DNA from: Botryllus schlosseri
Lineage: Eukaryota
Direction of reading: 5' to 3'
Length of the DNA: 64,000 nucleotides
NCBI GenBank assembly: GCA_051294905.1
Contig: CM119384.1
Coordinates: 15,252,001 to 15,316,000, forward strand
Shown: positions 52,407 through 64,000 of the stretch, in pieces
Layout: each line of letters opens with the position of its first letter
Position numbering within the stretch: the stretch's first letter is position 1
The notes under the pieces: model-generated
The model's input: only the letters and a program-made list of their open reading frames with translations
Database searches by the model: none
What the model was told of the DNA's origin: nothing
Position numbers and translations under genes: made by a program

Positions 52407-55400
52407 ATGGAAAATGCGAACGAACAATCGAAATATTACTTCGAGGACGAAAAGTCGAGTCCAGAAATTGTGTGTGAGTATCCCGCAAATATCCCCAAAG
52501 ACTGTCCCCTTGTTATCGACAACGGGTCTTATCAATTGAGAGCCGGGTGGACTTGTAACGATGCTCCGTCGCTTGTGTTCAAGAATGTGGTTGCAAGGAA
52601 CAGGTAAGCTTATGTTAATTAGATAGGCTGCCTGACCATAAAAAACTCCTGAAAGATTCTGAGCTTTTATATGAAGCTCGTTGTGAACAGCAACCGTTCA
52701 CGTTGCCATGTAACGCCACATTGCTGATTCTAATCTTTACATTGCCATAAGGCAGGAGTTTCTATCCTGGTGTCCGCAAACTAGTTTTAAGGGGTCCATA
52801 AAAGACCACTGTTGAAACTACAACTAGCCTATATACTATACAACTAACTAAATGGTACTTATAAGATCTGTCCTTAATTTTAACTTATCTCCACATATTG
52901 TGGATATATTCAGTGCACACCACAGGTCATAATAGCCACACGGGCGATACAAACAATAATTCTTCTTATTCTTGCGATATATGCTCAAGAATACTTGAAG
53001 TCAACCGAATTGATTTATTATGTGTTCTGCAATTAAACCGCGGCCAGCCGGCCGCTGCAAAAATAGCTACTTTGCTCCTCCTTGTAGATACGATTGCTCA
53101 TTGTGTTAATTTTGAAAATTAGATTCAGACCATTGATTTAGGTGACCTATATGGAAACACTTAACTATTATTCAAAATCTTCCATTTTCTACTAGTGCTA
53201 AACTAATGTCTTAGTTTAACCAGTTTTTCATGAGTGTATCATACATGTTTATTATACCGGCATCCTTCCTCCAAGGGGAAACCGCAAAGACCGAGACTGG
53301 GACATTTTGGTTGGTAATGATATTCCTGACTTGGAGGCTGTGAGGTGGATGATCAGAACCGCCTTCGACTTCAACGTTGTTATAAACTTTGGTATTCAGG
53401 TATGCCCTGCAATTATCTGCCCTCACATTTTTCTGCGCACTCATCACCAGTACGCTTTAATTCTATTAACAAAATTCTAATGGTATGAATGAGCCATTTC
53501 TTCCATGCTTACAGGCATTGTGCAACTGAATTATTCCTACTTTTCTACATCCACCATTTTAGCATTTAAGTGTCTAGCTCTAGCTAGATAACTTGGTCAC
53601 TTTATGTAACTGAATGTCGTTCCGAATTCTGTTATGTGGCAAATGAGTCTTGGATTTTTATGTACCGTAATTTGGCAATATAACGCTACGCTAGTATCGT
53701 GATCAATTGATCATGGAATATAATTTTGAAAATGCATTCATTTGTAGCATCGTTAGCGTATCTGCGCGAGTAATCATGATGCATTTCGCTCTTCTGATTG
53801 ATGTCGTGGGCTGATGACAATTAAAATCCTGTGATGTGTCTAGCCATTCTCCTGGGTTTCCTACTTTATGCATCTTTCCTCTCCACTTTATTTTTTTGAG
53901 ATAGCCAACAACTTCTTCAGTACTTTCACATTGTGTCAGAACTCTAGCAGAGACAAGAATTTCACTTCGAAATTGCGCTGTATTGCAGGAGAACATCCTT
54001 GACCACACATTTTCCCATCTTGGTATCGACTCTGAAGGTGAAGTACGCCATCCTCTGGTCATGACAGAGGCAGCCGCCAATCCTACTAATAGCAGGAAGC
54101 AGATGTCCGAACTTTTATTCGAAGCTTATGGCATACCCAAGGTAATGCTTCGAAATTTTAGTGGCAATTTCAGCCTGAAAATAATGTCGACTCTGACGGC
54201 AGCTGGCGTATGGAATTGATAGCATGTTCAGTTTCCATTATAATATAAGGGAATTAGGACTCGGAGACGATGCGTTGGTAATTGCTTCAGGTAATGTGAC
54301 CCGTTGACATGAGTTTTCCGTGAAATCTACATGTCCTGTAAATATTCAGGATTTCAATCTACTCACGTAATGCCGATTGTCGGGGGAGTCTTGGATTTGA
54401 AGAATTGCCAGAGAATTAATCTGGGTGGCTACAACAACGGAGCCTATCTGCAAAGGCTTTTACAGCTGCGTTTCCCCAAGCTGAGTCCTGTGTTCACACT
54501 GACTAGGTATGTTAGGTCGGCAGAGGTAGTAGGTAATGAATTGCTTCTACTTTTTCTGGTAGGTTTTGCCTATTTGTATTTCTTGCTCGTGTGGTTATGT
54601 TTTAGACTACTTCCACTTGTACTTGAACAGTTTTGTAGGCAAGTAGAGAGTAGTTTTTGGATATGCTTGCATCATTTCTATCAGTGACTGTATCATGGTA
54701 ACTGTGATATTTTAAAAAATTTTCAGAAAGCGCTACTAGAACTAAAACTACTTACTTTTGAAAACATGCAACTAGAACTAACGACATTTAAAAATTATTA
54801 CACCGCAAAGGCGCAAAATTTCGTGCACACTTTTGACTCAGCCCGCCAACGTATTCCCTGCTTCACATTCTCAGAAAAATAATTGCCCACCTCTGGCATA
54901 GGTGTTCCCGTGTCATTAAATGTTATAAACCATACCAAATTGGATTTCATTATCCTAGGCAACGCATTAATTTCTATTTTATCGGAAATATCAGACAGAG
55001 AATCGACATTTCGAAATGACGGGGTTTCAGGTTAGGCATGGGACAGTTTCAACCCCGACTCTGAGCTAGTAATGGCTGCACAAACATCGTTGAAAAGAAC
55101 ACCAGTATCTCGATTCATACAAAACGACGACACATACTTTCTAGTTGTCCTAATATTTTTTGAAATGTTACACTAGGACTAGAGCTATTCACATTTCAAA
55201 ATCCACAACTAGAACCAGAACTACTCACTGTTCAATATTCACAACTAGAACTACTCAATTTTCAAAATCTCTAACTAGAAATAAAACTACTCAAAAAACG
55301 TTAGTAAGTTGACCGTCAAATAGCTAAACGAGTAGTTTATACAAATCTGAGTGTCATGGGACATATTGCGTTAGTCGTGAAGACGCATCCAATTATCTGC

Positions 55401-58400
55401 CGAAATTATGGGACCCATCACTCAATTGTACTTTTTGGAACTACTTGAGTACTTCCATCAATTTCGACATGCCTTGGAAATTGATACTTCTACTCGTAAT
55501 TGAGTGAATATTTATGGGAACAACTCCTCTTTCCTTCATAATAACACCGCCACCTAGAACTTGAGTTGTAATCTCCTGATTGCCCAGAATCATATCATGC
55601 ATCGGTAATTTTCCCTTTAGAATGGACCAATTTCTTCGAGACATGGGCGAAATCCCTGGAAATTACGGTGACGAAATCAAAAAATGGAATGACTCAGCGT
55701 ATGAATCGTTGAACTGTGTCATGATGCAGATTCCCGAGAGAAATGTTACGTGTAAGTAATCTTGGTGACCCCAACAACTTGTAACGTGGTATTGTTGTGC
55801 AGTGTGCACCTGACACTAGGCTTACCATACGTCCTCTTTTAAGAGGATTTGTCCTCTTTTTTGACTTTTTTGAAAGTGTCCTCGGAGGACGCCCTTTTGT
55901 CCTCTTTTTTGAGATTTTGTCCTCTTTTTTGAAAATTTAGGTCAGATTCAGAACAAATTGCGAGTGATATGCCGCAAATTAGCACAGAAGTGAAGCTTGA
56001 GGCTCCGGCTTCGGAGTGAAAAACGGTGATTTTAGCTCTGAGCGAAAAGATGACCTTTTTTTTTTTTAGTCATCCACTTGGCAACGTGGAGAGTAAAACG
56101 GTATTTTGAGTTCTGAGCAGAAAAGATGACCTCTTTTTAGTCAACCGATCTCAAAGTGGGAAAAATTCACCGGTTTTTGAGAATTCTTCTCCGGTTTTGC
56201 AAGTCTGATATTTCTGAAAAAGTGTCCTCTTTTTAGATTTCCAAATTATGGTAAGCCTACCTAACACACAATCGGTACATATCATTGATCTGTGCATTCT
56301 TTGGCCCGAATTCTTGTACAAATAGTGAGTTAACATCCCCGACCACATAGCTCTGGTTTTGATTCAGTCTAGAGCAGAGGTCTCAAACACGCGGCCCGCG
56401 AGAGCATTTTGTGCGGCCCGCGACGGCATTTTGGAATTTCCAGTATTCGACAATATATTCAAGTGCCATATATTTTTTAGGTATAAGAGCTTAAAGTTCA
56501 ATTTAAAACTACTACAAAAATCACTGGAATCTCAACAAACTTTCACTATCACTTCACTATCACATCACTTTTAGAAGCTACCATGAGGTAGAAGATCAGC
56601 TATTACGTCACATTTCTAGTTCATGACGATAGAACATGACCCGTTGATGATTCGTGACTTAAAATTGTGATTTGGTTTGGTGCGACCTCCTCGTCAAATT
56701 GCTGGGTTTCGGATTGACTGGGTGATTATATAAAAATGACTCGAGTTGAGTCGGATCAAACGTTAAAATCAGACACGGACTTGCGAATCGAAACGGCGAC
56801 TTGTTAATCCTACGAGCGCAACAATCTATGAAACTGTCATGGAGAATAGTAATATATCAAAAGGTCGTAGCTTGTGCTGCTCAGGGTATATAACTATATA
56901 ATCAGGTCAGTATGGCAACCATTGGCATTCTAGGACCCCTGTGACGTATAGTTGATTACATGCTGGGTGCTGTTTGTTATCTTTGTCCATGTTATTATCG
57001 TAGGCGAGTAGGGTAGCACTGCGCTCTACAGCTGTAACGCCATTGAATTATTCGCCGATTAGACATTTCTATTTCAGGGGTTCTTAACCCGGGTCCGTAG
57101 TCCCCATCGGGGTACGAAGCACCACATCAGGGTGTGTGAGATTCATTGTGGAATTAGGCCTAGGCCTATATGCTGTGGAATATTTTCTTGGCAAATTTAT
57201 TCAACTGGAAAATAGTCTGGTGTGAATGGGCTTTCTGATTTTAATATAGGTACCATCAGAAATTGTGTTGAAAATGGACAGGCTCTATGAGAAATCTCAC
57301 TGGAAGCACAAGGGGTACGATCGCTAAAAAGGCTAAGAAGCAATGCTATTACTGTGGCTCAATAATTATTATATTCAAGATGTTATTGATAAGTTCCAAT
57401 AATAATCAAAGGCAAAATCTAACGCTGATTTAATTTGACTTTGGCAATAACAATAGCCTATATTTATTAGGACTTAAACAAAATCAGAGTTAGGCTACAC
57501 CGCTCGAATGCTCTGATCTCAGATCAATCTTCAGTATATTTTAAAATATACTACATAACATTGTGGCACGTCAAAGGTCTACTAGCTGCACTATTATAAC
57601 CCGACAGTTTTACGATTTCATGATGCATCCTCTCGTATTATGTCTATAACTTATTAATTAGAAAAAGTATGCCCGGAACAAAAAAAAATTCAAATATTTG
57701 AAAATGTGATTATATTTCGTGTCAAGCATGAATAATGCAATAGTAAATCACATTTCCACGATGTTTGTGGAATGCCTGTCTGCAAGGACCCGTCAAATAA
57801 GTCCTAGTTGGAACCTATACATTGAATATCCTGATTATTGATGCTGCGGCCTGCGGCGTCATCAAAAACTAGGAAATGGCCCGCGAGCACATTTGAGTTT
57901 GAGACCTCTGGTCTAGAGTGATACTCAGATGGCAACAGTATATATTTTATAACATTTCCCCGTTTGTAGTTTCATCCATACTTTTATGTTGCCAAAACAA
58001 TTTATCTTGCAATTTTAAAAGAAATCCACCCCCTATTTACTACTACAAGTATGCGACACCTCATCCGTATCTACTTTTAAAAATACTTTTCTACTGGAAG
58101 TAGTTTTAACATGTCTCGGAAATCGCTACTTATACTTGTAATTGAGTAGAAATTTACATCATTACTTCTACTTCTACTTGTATAGCAATGCTGACTACTT
58201 TGACCACTTGTGGACATAGATTTGCAAATTAGGAATTGTCCTCAGAATTACAGCCTTGTATTTGAGTCTTCCCTCTGATGGTATGAAATACGCTGCAACT
58301 TGATCACGTTCACAAACAGCAGCGCAATCATCTGCAGTGGTGGTCACAGATGCTACTTTAGTAGGAAATGAAGCAGAATCTGTATGATTTCAAAAGTGCT

Positions 58401-61156
58401 GTTATCTACTTTGAATGTAATCATACTCAATTTAGCTTCTCAAGCTCCCAACCCGCCGTGCGAAGTCACCGTTATGCTCGGTCAAAAACTGCGTCGGGTA
58501 AGAATTGCAATCTCTAAGCACTTCACAATCGGTCGGAGAACAGAAAGGACTATTTTCAGATGGAGTGCAGACTTTATGATCTGGAATGCATACTCGAGTT
58601 GGAAGATGAAAACACGGAGGCCTTTGCGAAAACATTGGCGGACTATGGGCTACGCGATGCTGACCACCTGAATAAAAAAATCGTCAAGGTATTTCATGAG
58701 GCCGGAGTATGACCAGGCAGGGTTGGGCAATAGAAGAGTGCTTCCACTTGAAAGGAATTATCAAGTCCTTTACAGTGACTTGATGCACTGAAGTCCAGAG
58801 TTGCTTATAAATTGATTTGTGACGCGTGTGTGAGTGAAATTCTACCAAAGCCACATAGAACAGTTTCGAAATCGTGCTGGCAGTGTTAATATGCTCATGG
58901 CGATCCGGTTTGAAATTTCCAAAATATTTAATGTCAGTTATTTGTCTGAGGAAACCTGGAGTTTATAGCTCGTAGCTCTAGCTACCTTGTTTCTCATCCA
59001 ACCTTTTTTAAATGTACTTCAGGTGTGTTTGGTCTAACATGAAAATAACAATTTCCATACGTCACCGAGTATTATTTATATGTAGGCTACTTCGGCAACA
59101 ACACAATAATTGTTTTCTGGGCATTTTTGGAATGTAGTCTACATAGTCTACAGTAGGAATGCGCGTGTAATCTATATTGTCATACGCCGATTCCGTTTTA
59201 GCTGCACAAAGAAATTGAATCCACACACGAGAAGATCACATTTCTGCAACAGAACTGCATTCTGCCGAGCCAGGTAATTCGGATAAGTGATATTGATTGT
59301 AATTATCCTTTATTGAGACCAGCAATTATAGCGTTGTGACTAGTTTATTATGCTATACATTGCAGAGAATTTTTGTTTTTCAAAGTCACAATATTGTGGA
59401 TGTTTTCGAAGTACTTATCTTACGTAGGTTTTGTGGGATCGCACTAATTTACTTTCACTTCTACTTAGAGGTACACACACAACTATAGGGATAGTGAAAT
59501 TTGTATTTTTATAATCAGGAAATAGTTGTGGGATGATATTGTACCACTTTTCCATTTGAAGTAGTTTTGACATCACTTGGAACTTGCTACCATGTGTGCT
59601 GGGTAGGCCACGCATACCTAGTAATTTTTTTGGGTTTGGATCATACGCATAATTCTGTCAGGTATGTATCGTCCCTAATTAGCTGGTGAATTATGCGATA
59701 TAGAAATAATTTTCAAGGTATTTACTTTTACATACTGCCGCTTGTATACATGATATGCGTAAATTCATCAACAGGAGAAAGCTTATCTGATCCTTGTATT
59801 ATAGGCATTTACGCATGTACGTTACGCTGATAAATTGATGCAACTTGGTAAAGTTGAAATAATTTTAAACTACCTTTTTAACCCCCTTTTACTCGGCTGG
59901 GCAGTGACCACGCACCTGCTTGTTATTATAATTTTGTCACCATACATAAGCGACTAGGTAATGCTCTAATAGTGAATATATATATTTTGCATTTATATAA
60001 TCTATGAATTTCACCTAAATTCACCTATTTGTGACATCATCAAACCCGCATGCCTGCACAAATTAGCGTACGGCGTCTATGCTTGCTACTGCTACTTGCA
60101 AGTAACAACGCTGAATACGTTCCGTTGACCACCTCTGATATCAGTTTGACTTTTGTCACCAAATTTTTCACTGGTCTACTTCGCCCGCAATGCCTGCTGC
60201 CATGACAGGTACCGATCCGAATCGAAAAGCATCAGGCGTTGGAGATAATCTTTCAACCAATGCTGGTCGGGTACGAACAAGCAGGCGTCGGTGATGTTCT
60301 CGAGACGATTTTTCGTCAGTACGATCCTGACCAATGCAGCAGAATGGCAAGGAACGTGCTGATAACAGGTGAGTCATAAGCATGAAAACCCCTTCTTATA
60401 CCAAGAGGTGGGCAGTGGTCAGAAACGTAGCGCTCCTACTATTTTAGAGAACTCAAGTGGATTTGGCCTACTTAGCCGTGTGTTTATGTTATTAGACTGC
60501 TTTCGATTCGTATTGGGAAGTTTTTTGAGTAAATACACGTACTTATTACCCATTTTGATTTTGTAATGCAGAGTTTTGTGGTCAGTTTGCACAACCTTTG
60601 CGAGTGAAATTTCATAAGAACCCGTGAAATATCATGGCGGCTAAATACAGTTTCGAAGATTCTTTGTGATGTCATTAGCCATTTTGTGTTAGTCGCAAGG
60701 ATGGATTTTGCGAGTAGCCCTCTTCGATTAAATGCTATAAGTAACGACCCCTCTACAGAGTGAGTGGACTATTTGAAAGTGCTCAACTTTAATCTCTCCT
60801 CCTAGCTAGCTTGAACGTTGGTTTCTATTTCGATATGGCTGAATGTATAAGCGGATGAATTGAAGAAATGACCGTTTTACGTGATTTCTGCAGGAGGGAA
60901 CACGCAGTACAGTGGCTTCAAGCAAAGAATCGTGGCCGAGCTGACTGCGTGCAGACCCTTTGGTTCGGAGATCATTGTGAGAGAAGCCACGGACCCCAGT
61001 CTAGACGCATACAACGGAGCGAGACAGTGGGCTAAAGAAAATGCCGACCGAAACGACGTCTGGATGACAAAGCGGGATTTTCTCGACAACGGATGGGATT
61101 ATTTGAAAGAACATGGCGCTTCAAACAAGTACTTTGCTACATCTGGTCATACATGA
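52407..61156 (+). CDS. ACTR5: Actin-related protein 5 (INO80 subunit), 11 exons, about 508 aa
   Basis: Exons 52407-52603, 53276-53399, 53989-54141, 54203-54290, 54350-54506, 55621-55751, 58445-58497, 58560-58688, 59202-59273, 60209-60368, 60894-61156 are in phase (1527 nt). Motifs [72 protein letters not shown]. Confidence 0.92.
55817..56259. mobile_element. MITE family D copy in an ACTR5 intron
   Basis: TIRs TAGGCTTACCAT / ATGGTAAGCCTA, flanks CCTGACAC / CCTAACAC. Confidence 0.82.
56375..57910. mobile_element. hAT element in an ACTR5 intron, with a probable nested MITE at about 57075-57345
   Basis: TIRs CAGAGGTCTCAAAC / GTTTGAGACCTCTG, perfect TSD GTCTAGAG. Confidence 0.9.
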
Positions 61157-61338
61157 GCTTCCTGTGGGATTGCCAGGCATTGTCGTAAGACTGCAAGACA
61201 GTATGTTGTCATGTGGAAGCAAGAGAATGAGATAAGACGGGATAAAATATTCAGCGTTAACAGAGACCGGACTGAGGGGTCGTGTTTCAGAGTGGCACAC
61301 TCTTTCGGACGCTACGGTCAACATATTGCTCAATTTTT

Positions 61339-62003
61339 ATGTCTGAAGTGCTGCCACCTTCTGATTTTTTGATAAAAATACTTTTGCTAATGATATTGTC
61401 TTGGTGCACTGCTTCTGAAAATGCCAGAATTACATCTTGAGAAACCGAGAGATTCTGTAGATCATTTGTATTCATTTTCATCCATCTATTGCGGCTGACT
61501 TGAACACCCTTTTTACTTTTCGACTCCAACATACGTAGCGCTTGCTGGAACCTGTAGATCTGACACAAATGTACAAACGATACACCGTACGGCGTACATT
61601 GAACACGACATTGAAGGTGCGCTAGGATACTTTGCAATTACTGCACGGCAACTTGGATTTGTGCCCCACTATGTATCGGGAACATATACCGAATCAGATC
61701 AACAAATTTATTGCTGCAGGCCAAGTCATGACTGTATGACATCAGCTAATGTATGTCTTCAAGTAAGTGCGCTATTGGTTGTAAACACATGCACATCAAG
61801 CTGCTACTCAACTAATATCCCGGCACCAAGCAAGGCAAATACCACCTGGCATACCACCTCGGTTTGAGAATTGGCATCTTCAGAATAAATTGCTGATCAA
61901 TTCTACCATGAAGCACTACTGCAAGCCAACACAGGAAATAGACGTCTTCAAAGCAGCTCATCGACTTGTCATCCAAGTTGAAACTTGTGGTCGGCAACAA
62001 TGA
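61339..62003 (+). CDS. Candidate small secreted Cys-rich protein gene or pseudogene with an in-frame TGA
   Basis: Segments 61339-61456, 61539-61762 and 61884-62003 join in phase (462 nt) through GT-AG introns; AATAAA at 62162-62167. TGA at codon 34 (61438-61440). Confidence 0.4.
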
Positions 62004-62484
62004 TCTGTCCTGTCTTCTTACTATCCTCTATAGGGGGGCGCGGAGTGACGTTCAAGCTAGAACACATTAAATTGCAACTATATTTATTCTTCGCCATTCT
62101 CATACCGTGATAGGAGCCTAAATCCCGGCCAACAAATATCAACATTATCGAACCCCGGTCCAATAAAGAAAAATATGCATCAGTTCGAATACGCTATGTG
62201 CATGTGCACTAGGCGATTGTTAAAGGTTCAGCTGGTACACACTGATACCCGCAGTGCCACTGTGCATTCTCTACGGTTGTAACAGACATAATTAAATAGT
62301 GAACAGTAGCCATCTTATGATGCTTCTCGTATATTTGAGCTTGCCCGCTCGACTATGTGCCGACCTACATACTGCATTTATTCGTAAAATGATCTGTCAA
62401 ATGTAATGGGGTCGTTTTCACAAGCTTTTCTTCGCACAAAAACTCCGCATAACACCCAAATAGAAAAATATCGGTAACAATTCT

Positions 62485-63563
62485 TCAAACCATACGCCGC
62501 ACTTCGAAAAATCTCTTCAAATAATATATTTGTCCGAGCGTCATGGCGACGAGTACAACAGACTCGAAGAACGCCCACAAAACGACTCTTGAATTGGTGT
62601 TGTCATTGACTGAAAATGAATACAAATTGCGAATGAAGTAAGACTGGAATACAATAAACATGTTGAAATAACAAGCTATGTGATGTTATAAAGCTAACTT
62701 TGGAAGTTGTGAAATGATGATACGTTTTACGTGGAATTTATTGAGGCATTCAACACACCACTTAATAGCTAGTACTAAATCAAAATAATTACAGTTAGCT
62801 TAAACTCCAAACATCGTTTATTCGTTAAACTCTTGATAGCAATTCCAAATTGACAATTAAGAGTGACTTAACAGAAACCAGTGAACTCATTATTTAGGCC
62901 TATTTCTTCACCAACACACGACTGTACTAAATGTAGTAGCCTACCACTTCCTAGACTATTTTCACAAAATGACCTATCAATTCCACGGCGACATCATAAC
63001 AAGTTGGAAATCTTGTAATTGAAAATCCAACGACTTTGTAAGCTAAACAGCACTGAACAAAATATGTGATTTGCTTCAGTAGGTGGTCCTCCTTTATTGG
63101 AGCATTATATTAAAAAATTGTTACTATGGCATATTCGACAATGCTCCTGAAGATTTCTACTGGGCTGCCGGTCAGAATAAAGCATAAATTTTACATACTT
63201 GCTCTATGTATCCTTTCTCTGACCTCCATGTATTCCTGCTCGTGCTTGACTCCCGTCATAGCAACTGACAACTCGGTGACCATCGCCTGTAACTTGTCAT
63301 GATGTTCATCTGCAAACAACATCCCATTTAGAAGCGGTCGCGGTCCGCTGAAGTCGTCATTGGATTTTACCATCACTTTCAGGGCTTTCGGACTTCGGCG
63401 TGTCTCCGACGTCAATGCTGAACATGACAATCTTCGGAGTCATTGTAGACATTTTATTGCTGAAGCAGAACTTGTATATGCCTTCCTTGTGCGCAGCAAA
63501 CGTGTATCGTCCGCTTGATTCCTTTGTGCCTTTGTAAATACTTTCGCCATCAGGACCAGAAAC
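62485..63563 (-). CDS. TMED2: p24-family cargo receptor TMED2, last three exons (first exon beyond the window)
   Basis: Exons 63371-63563, 63199-63309 and 62485-62609 in phase: [64 protein letters not shown]. Confidence 0.95.
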
Positions 63564-64000
63564 CTGGAAGGAAACAAACAATACACATCAATTCACAAAT
63601 ATTGTTATATTTAGCTATGAATCATCAGGCAGTTGTAATTTGATGGATCGTTGCGAATCAGTGCTCTGCGTTTCATACAATGGAGTGCAGAATATGAGCA
63701 GTGAGCACATGTGACATGTGGACAGCAGCATCCAAGGGATGACCGACTGTTATTAGTCAAGCATCAAGTGATACTCGAGGCGGAATGGGAGGTTTTGAAT
63801 ATCAATATATCAATGGAAAATAGTAGCCTACTATTGAAAATGAGCAGTATGAAGAGTAATCGAATAATTTAAACTGAGAAGTTTAGGCTATTTGACAGAA
63901 ATTCACTCTCCCAGCAATAATACCATAGCACAGTGGGTCTACGGTGTGCCGCTTGAAAATGCGCTAAATGAGTGCTAAACCAAAAACAAAAATTAAGGTC

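Noticed and set aside
52102-52488. 128-aa minus-strand ORF over the MED9/ACTR5 junction
   Set aside because: Antisense shadow of MED9 exon 2 and ACTR5 exon 1, which have clear homology.
59775-59795. Possible ACTR5 micro-exon EKAYLIL
   Set aside because: Weak donor, and the flanking exons already align to ARP5 without it.
62004-62167. SECIS-like hairpins (GTGAC...AA, GTGAT...AAA)
   Set aside because: No properly placed 3' GA for the non-Watson-Crick quartet could be found by eye.

Overview
Eukaryotic (animal) genomic DNA, AT-rich, with many short (about 45-80 nt) GT-AG introns and dense MITE/SINE debris. An invertebrate chordate such as an ascidian is the most plausible source, but that is inference. 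No prokaryotic features, CRISPR arrays, rRNA or intact tRNA genes were seen. Recognisable genes: a 10-exon SLC46-family MFS transporter (minus, 24217-34855), an intronless exportin-6 (XPO6, minus, 46434-49859), a 2-exon MED9 (plus, 51659-52387), an 11-exon ACTR5/ARP5 starting only 19 nt after the MED9 stop (plus, 52407-61156), and the last three exons of TMED2 (minus, 62485-63563). Less certain: a large unidentified minus-strand gene in 73-21150, one of whose predicted exons resembles LINE ORF1p, and a small Cys-rich gene candidate (61339-62003) with an in-frame TGA. The rest is non-autonomous hAT elements with 8-bp TSDs (one nest four deep, several foldbacks), tRNA-derived SINEs, and a short repeat family carrying a minimal hammerhead-ribozyme-like motif. 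Best leads: the MED9-ACTR5 junction, the hammerhead-like repeat, the ORF1p-like exon and the TGA-containing gene. All exon models were read by eye and no database searches were run.
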